This document shows positions 8,796-17,122 of a stretch of DNA of 59,254 nucleotides, piece by piece. The stretch is from positions 1 through 59,254 of IMG/VR virus record IMGVR_UViG_3300023097_000063; one strand, written 5' to 3'. This DNA is from a virus. Its lineage: Duplodnaviria; Caudoviricetes. The first letter of the stretch is position 1. Every line of letters begins with the position of its first letter. The notes beneath the pieces were generated by a model. That model had not been told where the DNA came from. It saw only the letters and a program-made list of their open reading frames with translations, and made no database searches. Position numbers and translations under genes: made by a program.

Positions 8796-9058
8796 TCGTC
8801 CTGTTCCACGTGCTGGTGTTCGTGTTCACCGCCGTCCACCGCCTCCAGGCCGCCGCCGACACCGCCCGCACCGACCTGCGCGTCATCCAGGCCCAGCTCC
8901 ACCGGTGGGCGTACCCGAACCCGCTCCGCGCCGGCGACTACGTCTCCCGTCACCACCACTCGGACCGCAGCCGCCAGCTGCGCGCCTCGACGCTGCGGGC
9001 GTCGACCGTGCAGGCGTCCGCCGCCCCGTACTACGCGGTGTCCGGTGGTGGGCGGTGA
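8792..9058 (+). CDS. hypothetical protein, N-terminal hydrophobic segment
   Basis: GTGA overlap. Confidence 0.5.
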   Translation: MIVLFHVLVFVFTAVHRLQAAADTARTDLRVIQAQLHRWAYPNPLRAGDYVSRHHHSDRSRQLRASTLRASTVQASAAPYYAVSGGGR

Positions 9059-9237
9059 GCTTCGACTGGGACGACAAGCTCCCGAACCCGCGTGAGCACG
9101 AGATCCGGCACCAGCGCCTGAACCGGGATGCGTTCACCGCGACCGTTCGTGGTGCAGCCGCCGGGTTGCTGCTCCTCGGTCTGCTGGCGGCGCCGCTGGT
9201 GTATGCGTCGCTGTCGTACGCGGAGCGTCTCCAGTGA
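9055..9237 (+). CDS. small membrane protein
   Basis: GTGA overlap; C-terminal TM. Confidence 0.55.
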   Translation: MSFDWDDKLPNPREHEIRHQRLNRDAFTATVRGAAAGLLLLGLLAAPLVYASLSYAERLQ

Positions 9238-9521
9238 GCCCCCGGCCGTCGGCCCTGCCCCTGGAGGCGCCGGTGGAGAGCATCGGGCATCTGGCCCTGG
9301 CGCTCGGCGGGATGGAGTCGTCGTTCACCGGCCAGCTGCTCCACCTGATCCCGAAGGGCGACCCGGTAAACCGGGCGCGGCTCGCGCTCGCGTTCCCGCG
9401 TGAGGTCGCCGCGTACGAGACGTGGATGGGCTTTCCGACCTGGCGTGGGTCGGAGAAACGGCCGCCGACCGTCGGAGAGCTGCTCACGGTCGTCGACAAG
9501 AACGGATGGGCCTGGGGATGA
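9234..9521 (+). CDS. hypothetical protein
   Basis: SFT..L...I.K.D..N.ARLALAFP motif typical of small phage proteins. Confidence 0.65.
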   Translation: MSPRPSALPLEAPVESIGHLALALGGMESSFTGQLLHLIPKGDPVNRARLALAFPREVAAYETWMGFPTWRGSEKRPPTVGELLTVVDKNGWAWG

Positions 9522-9757
9522 GCGTCGTGCTGTACCTGGCCGTCGTGTACGTGTTCGGCGGGCTGGCGTGCGCGTTCACGGTCGCAGCATGGATGCTCGC
9601 TCACGCTGGCGGCGCGGGGTCTGAGGATGCGGAGACGCAGGCGGCGTGGGCGGAGGCTGATGCCGAGATCGCGGCCCAGGGCAGGCTGCTGGTGTTGGCG
9701 AAGGTCGCCGTGGGATGGCCGTGGTTCCTCGCGTCGACGGTGCGGGGTATGCGGTGA
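9518..9757 (+). CDS. small membrane protein
   Basis: ATGA overlap; TM...WP motif. Confidence 0.55.
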   Translation: MSVVLYLAVVYVFGGLACAFTVAAWMLAHAGGAGSEDAETQAAWAEADAEIAAQGRLLVLAKVAVGWPWFLASTVRGMR

Positions 9758-9993
9758 AGGTCCACGAGCTGTACACGCTGCTGGAGACCCACATCGGGTT
9801 CGGGCGTGGCGAAGATGACGTGTACGTGTACTTCGCTGACTGGGACGACATCGGCGGCCATGAGGGGCCGGTCGCCCCGCTGTTCGAATCGCATAACTGG
9901 GCGGTGACGGACATGAGCTGGACCGATGACCGGGACGCGTTCGTGACCCTGTCCATCGCACCCGAACCTGAGAGCAAGGAGACAACGACATGA
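9754..9993 (+). CDS. hypothetical protein
   Basis: GTGA overlap. Confidence 0.55.
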   Translation: MKVHELYTLLETHIGFGRGEDDVYVYFADWDDIGGHEGPVAPLFESHNWAVTDMSWTDDRDAFVTLSIAPEPESKETTT

Positions 9994-10358
9994 TCGAGGA
10001 CACCAGCAAGCGCGACCCGCTCCTGAACATGGCCTTCCTGGCGAACCAGCCGGGTCGCGGGATCGAGGAGATGGAGGCGGCCGGTCAGGCGCAGCTCGTC
10101 AACTCGGCCATGATCCCCACCAAGCTGATCGGGTGCACCGAGGGAGACCTGATCGGAATCGGGTTCACGCTCGGCCCGCCGGACGCCACCGACCCCCTGT
10201 TCCGTCCCGCTGGACTCCCGGCCGGCTGGTCGCGGGAGGCGTCGGATCACGACATGTGGTCGTACCTGGTGGACGAGACCGGAACGCGCCGGTTCGGGAT
10301 GTTCTACAAGGCGGCGTTCTATGACCGGAGCGCGCACCTGCAGCCCTCCGAGGGCTGA
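9990..10358 (+). CDS. conserved-looking hypothetical phage protein
   Basis: AAGGAG RBS; LPAGWSREASDHDMWSYLVDETG.RR...FYKAAFYDRSA. Confidence 0.75.
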   Translation: MIEDTSKRDPLLNMAFLANQPGRGIEEMEAAGQAQLVNSAMIPTKLIGCTEGDLIGIGFTLGPPDATDPLFRPAGLPAGWSREASDHDMWSYLVDETGTRRFGMFYKAAFYDRSAHLQPSEG

Positions 10359-10408
10359 GCTTCCCACCCGCTTCGCACCACTTCACCTACTTCACCCCTT
10401 GTACCGCT

Positions 10409-10444
10409 GAGAGGCCCCGATCCCTGCACGGATCGGGGCCTCTC
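10409..10444. terminator. 15-bp stem-loop (probable terminator)
   Basis: GAGAGGCCCCGATCC/GGATCGGGGCCTCTC. Confidence 0.6.
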
Positions 10445-10445
10445 C

Positions 10446-10769
10446 GTGCACCCCGGCCGGGAGTACGCTCCAGGCAAGAAAGGAGCAGGCGCGCGACTTT
10501 CTACGGGGGAGGGGGCAGGTTTGGAACGTCGTGGTCCCGGCAGGCCCCCCCACCCCGACCCAGGACGGTACGACCAGCGCACCTACACCCTCATCCACAC
10601 CTCCACGATCGGCATGTCCCGCACCGAACTCGCGGCCCTGGTGGGGGTGACGCCGGACAAGATGTATGCGGTGTTGTGCCGGCTGCGGTTGCAGGGGAGG
10701 ATCGAGCCGCCGTCGAACAACCGTTCGGCGGGCAGGTGGACTGCGGCTAGACCTCCGCGGGATGGGTAA
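10446..10769 (+). CDS. possible small wHTH DNA-binding protein (start uncertain)
   Basis: MSRTELAALVGVTPDKMYAVLCRLRLQGRIE. Confidence 0.45.
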   Translation: MHPGREYAPGKKGAGARLSTGEGAGLERRGPGRPPHPDPGRYDQRTYTLIHTSTIGMSRTELAALVGVTPDKMYAVLCRLRLQGRIEPPSNNRSAGRWTAARPPRDG

Positions 10770-10814
10770 TACCGGCTATGTCGGGTGTTTCCCACGTGGA
10801 AGGGTTTGAGGATC

Positions 10815-11006
10815 ATGGCCGTCAAGAACGACAAGACCAGCAGCAGCGACAAGGACCAGAACGTCGAGAGCACCACCCCGGACCGCGGCGATGAGGTGTC
10901 GCCGGAGCAGCGCCTCGCGGAGACCGACCGTGGGCGTGAGACGGGTGACAACGGGCTGGGTGCGGCGATCGAGAACAGCCGCAGTGGGGGCCGTGACGAC
11001 TCCTGA
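10815..11006 (+). CDS. small acidic hydrophilic protein
   Basis: Good codon use, low complexity. Confidence 0.45.
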   Translation: MAVKNDKTSSSDKDQNVESTTPDRGDEVSPEQRLAETDRGRETGDNGLGAAIENSRSGGRDDS

Positions 11007-11120
11007 CACAGGCTGTCGGGTGTGAGGGCCGCTGTTCCCCCTGCGCAGGTCCACGGGAAATGAACCGTGCGCTGGGGGCAGCGGCCCTCGGCATATCCAG
11101 ACGAAGGAGAGGAGCGGCGG

Positions 11121-12077
11121 ATGGCCACCTTGGCGACCGCGACCATGAGGTCCCTCGGGGCCCGATGGGTTGCGGCTATCGGCTCAGCGGAACTGTCCGG
11201 GATCGTCGGAGACGCAGCACATCAGACCGATCCTGGTAAGCACCTGTCCTGGAACGACAACGTCCGCCTGTTCGGGACGGGGGCGTGGCCGCTGCGGCAG
11301 GTGGCCGGCGACCGGAACCCGCCGAACAAGACGGCGGCGGCGGCGATCGACATCAAGATGAACGCCGTCGACATGAAACGGGTTCATAACCGGTTCATCG
11401 CGGTGTTCAACGCCCGGGCCCGGGATCCGCGGGCACGGTTCGTGACGGCCTTCAACGGCTACAACGGGACCGGGACGGCGCAGCGGTTCGATATGCAGAC
11501 CGGTGGGATCTCGTGGACGGACGACTCCCACAACTGGCATGAGCACGTCGAGGTCCCTTACGACCAGGTCGACAGTGTGCGCATGGTCGACGCGGTCATG
11601 TCGATCGTGGCCGGGGAGACCCTGGAGGCGTACGCGGCACGTACCGGCACCACCACGAGCACCGGCGGCGAGGACGCTTCCGGTGAGGAAGAGGTCCACA
11701 TGATCCCCATCCAGCTCCCCCGCGGCTTCGCGTTCGACGAGAAGGGCGGTCTCCTGGCCCGCGAGTACGCGATCAGCGTCCCGGTCGAACCGGCCGGGCA
11801 CGCCGGCAACCCGATCGTTGGGACGAAGAAGCTGTACCTGTCGTTCTCGTCCGACTTCAACGACAAGCCGATCCCGGTCCGGGTCGCGATCTGGAACGGC
11901 GCTGGCTGGACGGTGACGACGTTGCAGGTGAAGAAGGACGGCCGTAACGATGTGGCGGTCCCGCCGGTGAAGGGCCCGTCGGCGTACAACGTCAGCGTGG
12001 GCCGTGTGCGCCCGATGGCGACGACGGACGCAGCCGAGGCCACCTATCCGCTGTCCGTGCTCGTGACCGTCGCCTAG
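11121..12077 (+). CDS. endolysin, putative Zn-peptidase (M15/LAS-like) with C-terminal beta domain
   Basis: GIVGDAAH...H.S, AAIDI, SHNWHEH Zn-ligand pattern; linker; directly upstream of holin; GGAG RBS. Confidence 0.7.
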   Translation: MATLATATMRSLGARWVAAIGSAELSGIVGDAAHQTDPGKHLSWNDNVRLFGTGAWPLRQVAGDRNPPNKTAAAAIDIKMNAVDMKRVHNRFIAVFNARARDPRARFVTAFNGYNGTGTAQRFDMQTGGISWTDDSHNWHEHVEVPYDQVDSVRMVDAVMSIVAGETLEAYAARTGTTTSTGGEDASGEEEVHMIPIQLPRGFAFDEKGGLLAREYAISVPVEPAGHAGNPIVGTKKLYLSFSSDFNDKPIPVRVAIWNGAGWTVTTLQVKKDGRNDVAVPPVKGPSAYNVSVGRVRPMATTDAAEATYPLSVLVTVA

Positions 12078-12086
12078 GAGGGTGTG

Positions 12087-12443
12087 ATGTCCGGAGGTCT
12101 GATATTCGGGCGGGAGCCTGCGACTCTCGCCGCCGCGTTCAAGGCCGCTGTCGCCTTGTTCGCGGCATTTTTTCTGCCCCTCAGCATCGAGCAACAGGGT
12201 GGGATCAACGCCTTGTTCGCCGCGGTCCTGGGCGTCGTCGTCGCGATGGCCGTGTCGGCGGAGAAGGCCCTGCCGCTGCTCCTCGGCCTGGTCGAGGCGG
12301 CCGTGTATCTCGGGGTGGCGTTCGGGTGGCAGGTGCCGGCTGACAGTCAGGCGCTGATCGTGGCGTTCACCGGGGCGGTGGTCGCGATCTGGACGCGGGA
12401 CAGGGTGACGGCGCCGATCGGCCCGGACGGAGCATGGCAGTGA
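12087..12443 (+). CDS. holin (4 TM)
   Basis: GREPA N-terminus, four hydrophobic helices, R..VT.P end; follows endolysin. Confidence 0.75.
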   Translation: MSGGLIFGREPATLAAAFKAAVALFAAFFLPLSIEQQGGINALFAAVLGVVVAMAVSAEKALPLLLGLVEAAVYLGVAFGWQVPADSQALIVAFTGAVVAIWTRDRVTAPIGPDGAWQ

Positions 12444-12847
12444 AACTGGCCGGATGTGTGCTGATCAAGCACGGTGCGATGCTCCTGCTCCACCGGAACA
12501 CCGTGAAGCGTTGTCAGTGGGAGATCCCGGGCGGGAAGGTCGAAGACGGGGAAGCCCCGGTCGAGGCGGCGTTGCGGGAGCTGAAGGAGGAGACCGGCGT
12601 CTCGGCTCGGTCGCGGAGGCGGCTGGGTGGGCGTGAGTTCGTCGAGGACGGGCACACGCTGTCGTACGAGTGGTTCCTGGTCGAGGAGGAGTTTGTGGTT
12701 CCTCGGGTGCGGGAGCCGGAGACGTTCGACGGGTTCGGCTGGTTCACTCGCCGTGGTCTTGAGGGGTTGGAGGGTGCGTCTCCGAACCTGGTCAACTTCG
12801 TGGCTGCGGTAGGGGCCGGGGATGTGGTGGTGCCGTGGAGCGGGTGA
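12434..12847 (+). CDS. Nudix hydrolase
   Basis: Nudix box GGKVEDGEAPVEAALRELKEETGV. Confidence 0.92.
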   Translation: MAVKLAGCVLIKHGAMLLLHRNTVKRCQWEIPGGKVEDGEAPVEAALRELKEETGVSARSRRRLGGREFVEDGHTLSYEWFLVEEEFVVPRVREPETFDGFGWFTRRGLEGLEGASPNLVNFVAAVGAGDVVVPWSG

Positions 12848-12876
12848 TCGTCGGCTAGATCGTCTCGTGGAATGAT

Positions 12877-12906
12877 GAAGGCCCGGCGCGTGAACGCCGG
12901 GCCTTC
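12877..12906. terminator. stem-loop
   Basis: GAAGGCCCGGCG/CGCCGGGCCTTC. Confidence 0.5.
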
Positions 12907-13027
12907 GATGCTCTACCGACCCCTCGACAAGGACGGCGCTCAGATGCCTATCGCTGAAAGGCTCCTGCGTGCAGTTTAACCATGCTCGGAGACGCCACTC
13001 AACCGTTCAAGCCCCTGCTAGCGCATC

Positions 13028-13360
13028 GTGAAAATCACGCATGCCGGGCGCCCTGATGGCGGCTACACCAAGATCCCCAATGCGTGGGTTCGCGACCCCA
13101 CGCTGTCTCTGCGCGGCTCACGGGTGCTCTTCTACCTCGCCTCCCACGCTGAGGGCTACGACCTGCCGGTGTCTCAGATGATCGCTGAGACCGGCCTGAG
13201 TCAGCGCACGATCAAGGCCGCGCTCCAGGATCTCGAAGACCACAAGCTGTTGCAGCGGCGGCAGGAACGCAATCCGGACGGCACCCACGGCGAAGTGACG
13301 TACATCGTTGGAACCGGGGTGCAGAATGTGCACCCCGGCGACGACCAGGACAAACAGTGA
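13028..13360 (+). CDS. RepA-like replication-initiator N-terminal wHTH (short or truncated)
   Basis: YTKIPNAWVRDPTLSLRG..VL.YL.S...GLSQRTIKAALQDLEDHKLL; stop lies between two palindromic repeats. Confidence 0.7.
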   Translation: MKITHAGRPDGGYTKIPNAWVRDPTLSLRGSRVLFYLASHAEGYDLPVSQMIAETGLSQRTIKAALQDLEDHKLLQRRQERNPDGTHGEVTYIVGTGVQNVHPGDDQDKQ

Positions 13361-13404
13361 GTTTCCGCAGGTCGAGACCGGGGTGCACATTCTGCACCCC
13401 GGTC
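13313..13404. repeat. two inverted copies of a ~26-bp imperfect palindrome (iteron/origin-like)
   Basis: ACCGGGGTGCAGAATGTGCACCCCGG at 13313 and ACCGGGGTGCACATTCTGCACCCCGGT at 13378. Confidence 0.8.
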
Positions 13405-13706
13405 TCCTTACTTACTAAGAAGACCAAACATCAGAAGACCACCGGGGGGTGCCGCGCCCCCCGGAGCCCCCCAGGGCGGAACCCTTCGCTTCGCTACGGC
13501 TTCCACTGACAACCCGCTGCCGCCAGCTCCCGCGCGACCCGACCACCCCACTCGCCCCGCGTCTGGCGCCCACTGACCGCATGCGCGTGCGAAGACGACG
13601 CCCGACACCACCTCCCCCAAACAGCCCACCCCCGTTCGTACACTGACCCCCGAACAGCCGTCACGCGCACGCGTCAGATCCCCCGCCACAGGGAAGACTG
13701 GATGTT

Positions 13707-14108
13707 GTGATCTCACCGGTCGTCATCGTTCCCCGCCCCCGCCCGCGGGAGCTGGTCCTCGACCTCTGGTTCATGATCATCGCTGTGGCGTTCTTCTGCG
13801 GCGCCACCCCACCCTCCAGCATCGAAACCCAAATCCCCCACGCCTGGCGGTGGGCTTGGTATCTCCTCCTCTTCATCGGCGGCGCCGCCACCCTCTACTC
13901 CCACACCCGCCAACGATGGGACGACCGCCTCATCTGGGAACGCCACGGCTGCGTCGCCACCGCCGCCGGAAGTTTGATCTTCGCCGTCTGCGCATGGGGA
14001 TTCGCAGGCTCATCGGCTACGTTCGCAGCCGGGCTCATGACCGCCTGGACTCTCGCCTCCATCTGGCGGATCATCCAAATCCACAAGGACCTCTACCCGA
14101 GGCCCTAA
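13707..14108 (+). CDS. 4-TM membrane protein (holin-like accessory)
   Basis: Four hydrophobic helices; paired with TM + coiled-coil gene. Confidence 0.7.
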   Translation: MISPVVIVPRPRPRELVLDLWFMIIAVAFFCGATPPSSIETQIPHAWRWAWYLLLFIGGAATLYSHTRQRWDDRLIWERHGCVATAAGSLIFAVCAWGFAGSSATFAAGLMTAWTLASIWRIIQIHKDLYPRP

Positions 14109-14129
14109 CCGGGGGAAACGAGGCAGGCT

Positions 14130-14591
14130 GTGGACTTGTGGGCAATAGCCGCCATCACCCTCACCGCGGCCAACCCCGACCCCGCCGCCCCCTGGATCCC
14201 CCTCATCGCCGCCGTCATCGCCAGCCTCGGCCTCGGCGGCATCGCCGCATCCTGGCTCACCGCCCGCTACAACCGGCCCAAAGTGTCCGCCGACGCCGTC
14301 AAAGCCCTCACCGAGTCAGCCGTGGCCTTGGTCAACGAACTCCAGGAACGCGTCGGTGAGGCCGAGGTCGAAGCCCGCTCGGCGCGCCGGGAAGCCTCTG
14401 AGGCCCGCGACGAGCTCCGAACGGCACGCCGGCAGATACGGGAACTGGGCGACGAGGCAGAAGCCGTCACAGCGAAGCTCAGGGCGGTACGGCTGGCGTT
14501 GTCGGCGCCGGCGGTGACGATCCCCGGGCTGCGGGCGATGCTGGGTGTCGAGCCGCCGGCGGAGGGTGTGAACGGGTCTAGGCATGGGTGA
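14130..14591 (+). CDS. single-TM coiled-coil protein (lysis accessory-like)
   Basis: TM with GLGG followed by long heptad coiled coil. Confidence 0.7.
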   Translation: MDLWAIAAITLTAANPDPAAPWIPLIAAVIASLGLGGIAASWLTARYNRPKVSADAVKALTESAVALVNELQERVGEAEVEARSARREASEARDELRTARRQIRELGDEAEAVTAKLRAVRLALSAPAVTIPGLRAMLGVEPPAEGVNGSRHG

Positions 14592-14616
14592 GGCCCGGCT
14601 GGTTAGGCCGGGCCTC
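14591..14616. terminator. hairpin between convergent genes
   Basis: AGGCCCGGC/GCCGGGCCT. Confidence 0.45.
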
Positions 14617-14670
14617 GTGGTATGCCGAAACGGTCCTGCCTGAGCGGTTCTACCTGTCCCTGGGCTGACG

Positions 14671-14943
14671 TTAGCCGGTGCTGGTGGTGGTGTCGAGGGT
14701 TTCGCCCGCCGGTGACGTGTCCTGGGCGGGCCTGGTGACGGGGCGGCCGATACGGCGGGGCCAGGTGACGATCCAGGCCTCGACGTCTGCGATGAGCCAC
14801 ACGTTGCCGAGGGTTAGCCGGTCGTAGGGGGGAGGGAAGTCGGGGCGCTGGGTGAGCTGGTTGACGCGGGCGCGGGAGACGCGCAGGTGCTGGGCGATCT
14901 CGGTGGTGCCCCAGAGGTGGCGGGGCTGGTCTGGTTCGGTCAT
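14671..14943 (-). CDS. AlpA/excisionase-like HTH protein (leaderless)
   Basis: LWGTTEIAQHLRVSRARVNQL...PDFPPP...GNVW...DVEAW; TTGACG-17-TATGGT ends 7 nt before ATG. Confidence 0.8.
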   Translation of the reverse strand: MTEPDQPRHLWGTTEIAQHLRVSRARVNQLTQRPDFPPPYDRLTLGNVWLIADVEAWIVTWPRRIGRPVTRPAQDTSPAGETLDTTTSTG

Positions 14944-14950
14944 GCACCCC

Positions 14951-14995
14951 ACCATAGATAAAGGGTTGCCAACCGTCAAGGGTTCGTGGTAGGCT
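14951..14995. promoter_or_regulatory. overlapping divergent promoters with AAGGGTT direct repeats
   Basis: Minus TTGACG/TATGGT; plus TTGCCA-18-TAGGCT. Confidence 0.6.
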
Positions 14996-15069
14996 GTGGG
15001 TACAGGGCGAGCGGCGCACCACACGGCAGCAGCCCCGCCCAAACGACCAGACCAGACCAGGAGCCTCCC

Positions 15070-15570
15070 ATGAACAAGGTCAGCCTCATCAAGACCATCA
15101 CCAAGCTCTACTTCCTCGGCGCCGTCACCGGCAGCGCAATGCACATCGTCCACGCCGCCGAGAAGACCGGTCTTACCGGTGCCGAGGCCTACGCCACCCC
15201 GTTCATGATCGACGGCCTCGCCATCGTCGGCCTGATCATGCGAGGCGAGGAGTTCTCCGCCAAGACCCGCCGCCTCGGCGCCTGGACCCAGGGCATCATG
15301 GGAATGTTTTCCCTCATCGCGAACGTCTACGCCGCCGAAAGCGCGGGCGGGGTCATGTTCGGTGTCGCGATCGTCTCCCTGTTCCTCGCCGCCGAGTACC
15401 TCTCCTCCAACATCGAGAGCGTCCAGGTCGACCTCACCGCCGCCGCCGCGAAGGCAGCGGCCGCCGCGAAGGCAGCCGAAGACGCGAAGCGCGCCGACCA
15501 GAACGCCAAGGCCCGCCAGCGCCGCGCCGCCAAGCGCGCCACCCCGGTCCGTAAGCTCAAAGCCGTCTGA
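15070..15570 (+). CDS. DUF2637/SpdA-like membrane protein
   Basis: S..HI...A...G.....A...P..IDGL, 4 TM, Ala/Lys/Arg-rich tail; AGGAG RBS. Confidence 0.6.
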   Translation: MNKVSLIKTITKLYFLGAVTGSAMHIVHAAEKTGLTGAEAYATPFMIDGLAIVGLIMRGEEFSAKTRRLGAWTQGIMGMFSLIANVYAAESAGGVMFGVAIVSLFLAAEYLSSNIESVQVDLTAAAAKAAAAAKAAEDAKRADQNAKARQRRAAKRATPVRKLKAV

Positions 15571-15580
15571 CCCACCCACG

Positions 15581-15615
15581 CGAATGCCGGACCCCACCAC
15601 GGGGCCCGGCGTTCG
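15581..15615. terminator. hairpin between convergent genes
   Basis: CGAATGCCGG.CCCC/GGGG.CCGGCGTTCG. Confidence 0.5.
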
Positions 15616-15660
15616 TCGATCTCCGGCTATAACCCCTCGCCAAGCCTCACCGGCTGACTC

Positions 15661-16359
15661 CTACACCGTCCCGAACGGCTCGCTGGGGAAATCCTGGAAG
15701 ACGTGCGGTGCCAGGACCCGCAGCTCCTCCACGACCATCCCCGACCAGCGGCGGATCTCCGCATCCGCCGCCACATGCCACCGCCGCCGCAACACATCCC
15801 GCCACGCCCGCAGATTCCCCGACACCACAAACCGGGTCTCCGTCATGTTCGGCAGCACCGCACGGGCTGTCTCCCGCGCCTGCTTCCGCGGCACACCCTC
15901 CCGCTCCAGCTCGGCCACGAGCATCGCGTACACGTTCCTCGCCACCGTCCCGGCCTGGACCAGCTGCGCCGCCAACCCCGCCCGGCCAGCGAGCGCCGGG
16001 GGCACGACCATGCGTGCCTCGGACTCGTCCACGTACCGCTGCGACAGCACACTGAACGACAGATGCCGGTGCCTCTCCAGCTCCAGCAGCAGAGACCTCG
16101 ACACCCCCTCCACGTAGAACGTGGCGGTGGCGTGTTCGAGGACGGACTCGTGCTGCTGGGCGAGGATGTTGTTCAGGTAGCCGGCGTTCGACGCGGTGAG
16201 CGGGTTCGGCTTCTTCCATGACTGGTAGCAGGTGCGGCCGGCGAACTCTGCGAGAGCCTGGCCGCCGTCGGCGCCGTCCGCGGTCCAGCCGGTGAGCTTC
16301 TCAGCCAGGGCCGTGTCGAACGTGGTGTGGGCGATGAGGTGGATGGCAGGTTCGGCCAC
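15661..16359 (-). CDS. thyX: flavin-dependent thymidylate synthase
   Basis: FAGRTCYQS, HESVLEH, RHRHLSFSVLSQRY, AR.VLPN. Confidence 0.95.
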   Translation of the reverse strand: MAEPAIHLIAHTTFDTALAEKLTGWTADGADGGQALAEFAGRTCYQSWKKPNPLTASNAGYLNNILAQQHESVLEHATATFYVEGVSRSLLLELERHRHLSFSVLSQRYVDESEARMVVPPALAGRAGLAAQLVQAGTVARNVYAMLVAELEREGVPRKQARETARAVLPNMTETRFVVSGNLRAWRDVLRRRWHVAADAEIRRWSGMVVEELRVLAPHVFQDFPSEPFGTV

Positions 16360-16456
16360 AGAGCGCTCCCGGAGATGGTGTGGTGAGAGTCCCGGCTGGC
16401 TCGATCGCAACCGGGACTCTCACACTATCCATCGTCTCTGCCAGGAGATCGGATCG

Positions 16457-17101
16457 CTACAGGCTAGACCGCTCCGGGTCAGGCAAGGAAGGTGCGGGCG
16501 GGTCCCAGGTCGGGATCGGCGCGGTCGACGTGCTCATGCTGTGCTGGGGCGGGACCGGGGGTGCCGGGACCTGCGTCGACGGATCCACGACCGGCGGCGG
16601 AGACACCGGTCCAGCGGTAGGCGGCGGTGCGCCGGTGGACGGCGGCGGCACCACTACCGGCGAGTTCGTGGTGACCGGCGGCAATGACGGGCCACCGGTC
16701 AGAGGCGGTTGCGGTGACCCGGTCGGCGCTGGCGTGAACGGCACCCCGCCTGGTGTGGTCGGCGAGTTATGCGCACCACCCGGCGGCCCGTATGTTGCTG
16801 CCGGGGGGCCGTTCGTGCCGGCAGGGGGCGCGTACGGGGGATGCCATTCCGGCTCCTGAGGCAACTCCAGAGGCGACGGGACGACGACCAAAGGTGGAAG
16901 ACCTCCCCCACCACCCTGATCGCCGCCCCCCTCATCCTCCCGCGGGGCGGAGCCGAAGTCGGAGACCCAGCCCGGCTCGGCATGCCACCACGCGGACACC
17001 TCGTGCGCCGCGAACCCCACGATCGGGACGCCGAGGAGCACAATCGCCAGGAACACGAACAGCGGCCGCGGCCCGTTCTCGCCGAAAAACGCCAACGCCA
17101 C
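16457..17101 (-). CDS. membrane-anchored Pro/Thr-rich protein
   Basis: N-terminal TM followed by long P/T/G low-complexity region. Confidence 0.6.
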   Translation of the reverse strand: MALAFFGENGPRPLFVFLAIVLLGVPIVGFAAHEVSAWWHAEPGWVSDFGSAPREDEGGGDQGGGGGLPPLVVVPSPLELPQEPEWHPPYAPPAGTNGPPAATYGPPGGAHNSPTTPGGVPFTPAPTGSPQPPLTGGPSLPPVTTNSPVVVPPPSTGAPPPTAGPVSPPPVVDPSTQVPAPPVPPQHSMSTSTAPIPTWDPPAPSLPDPERSSL

Positions 17102-17122
17102 AGTTCTGTCCCCCGTATGGAC

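Noticed and set aside
10360-10398. Short CTTC(A/G/C)C repeats
   Set aside because: Too short and degenerate to assign a role
14671-14943. Integration/excision module
   Set aside because: No tyrosine or serine recombinase was seen in the window
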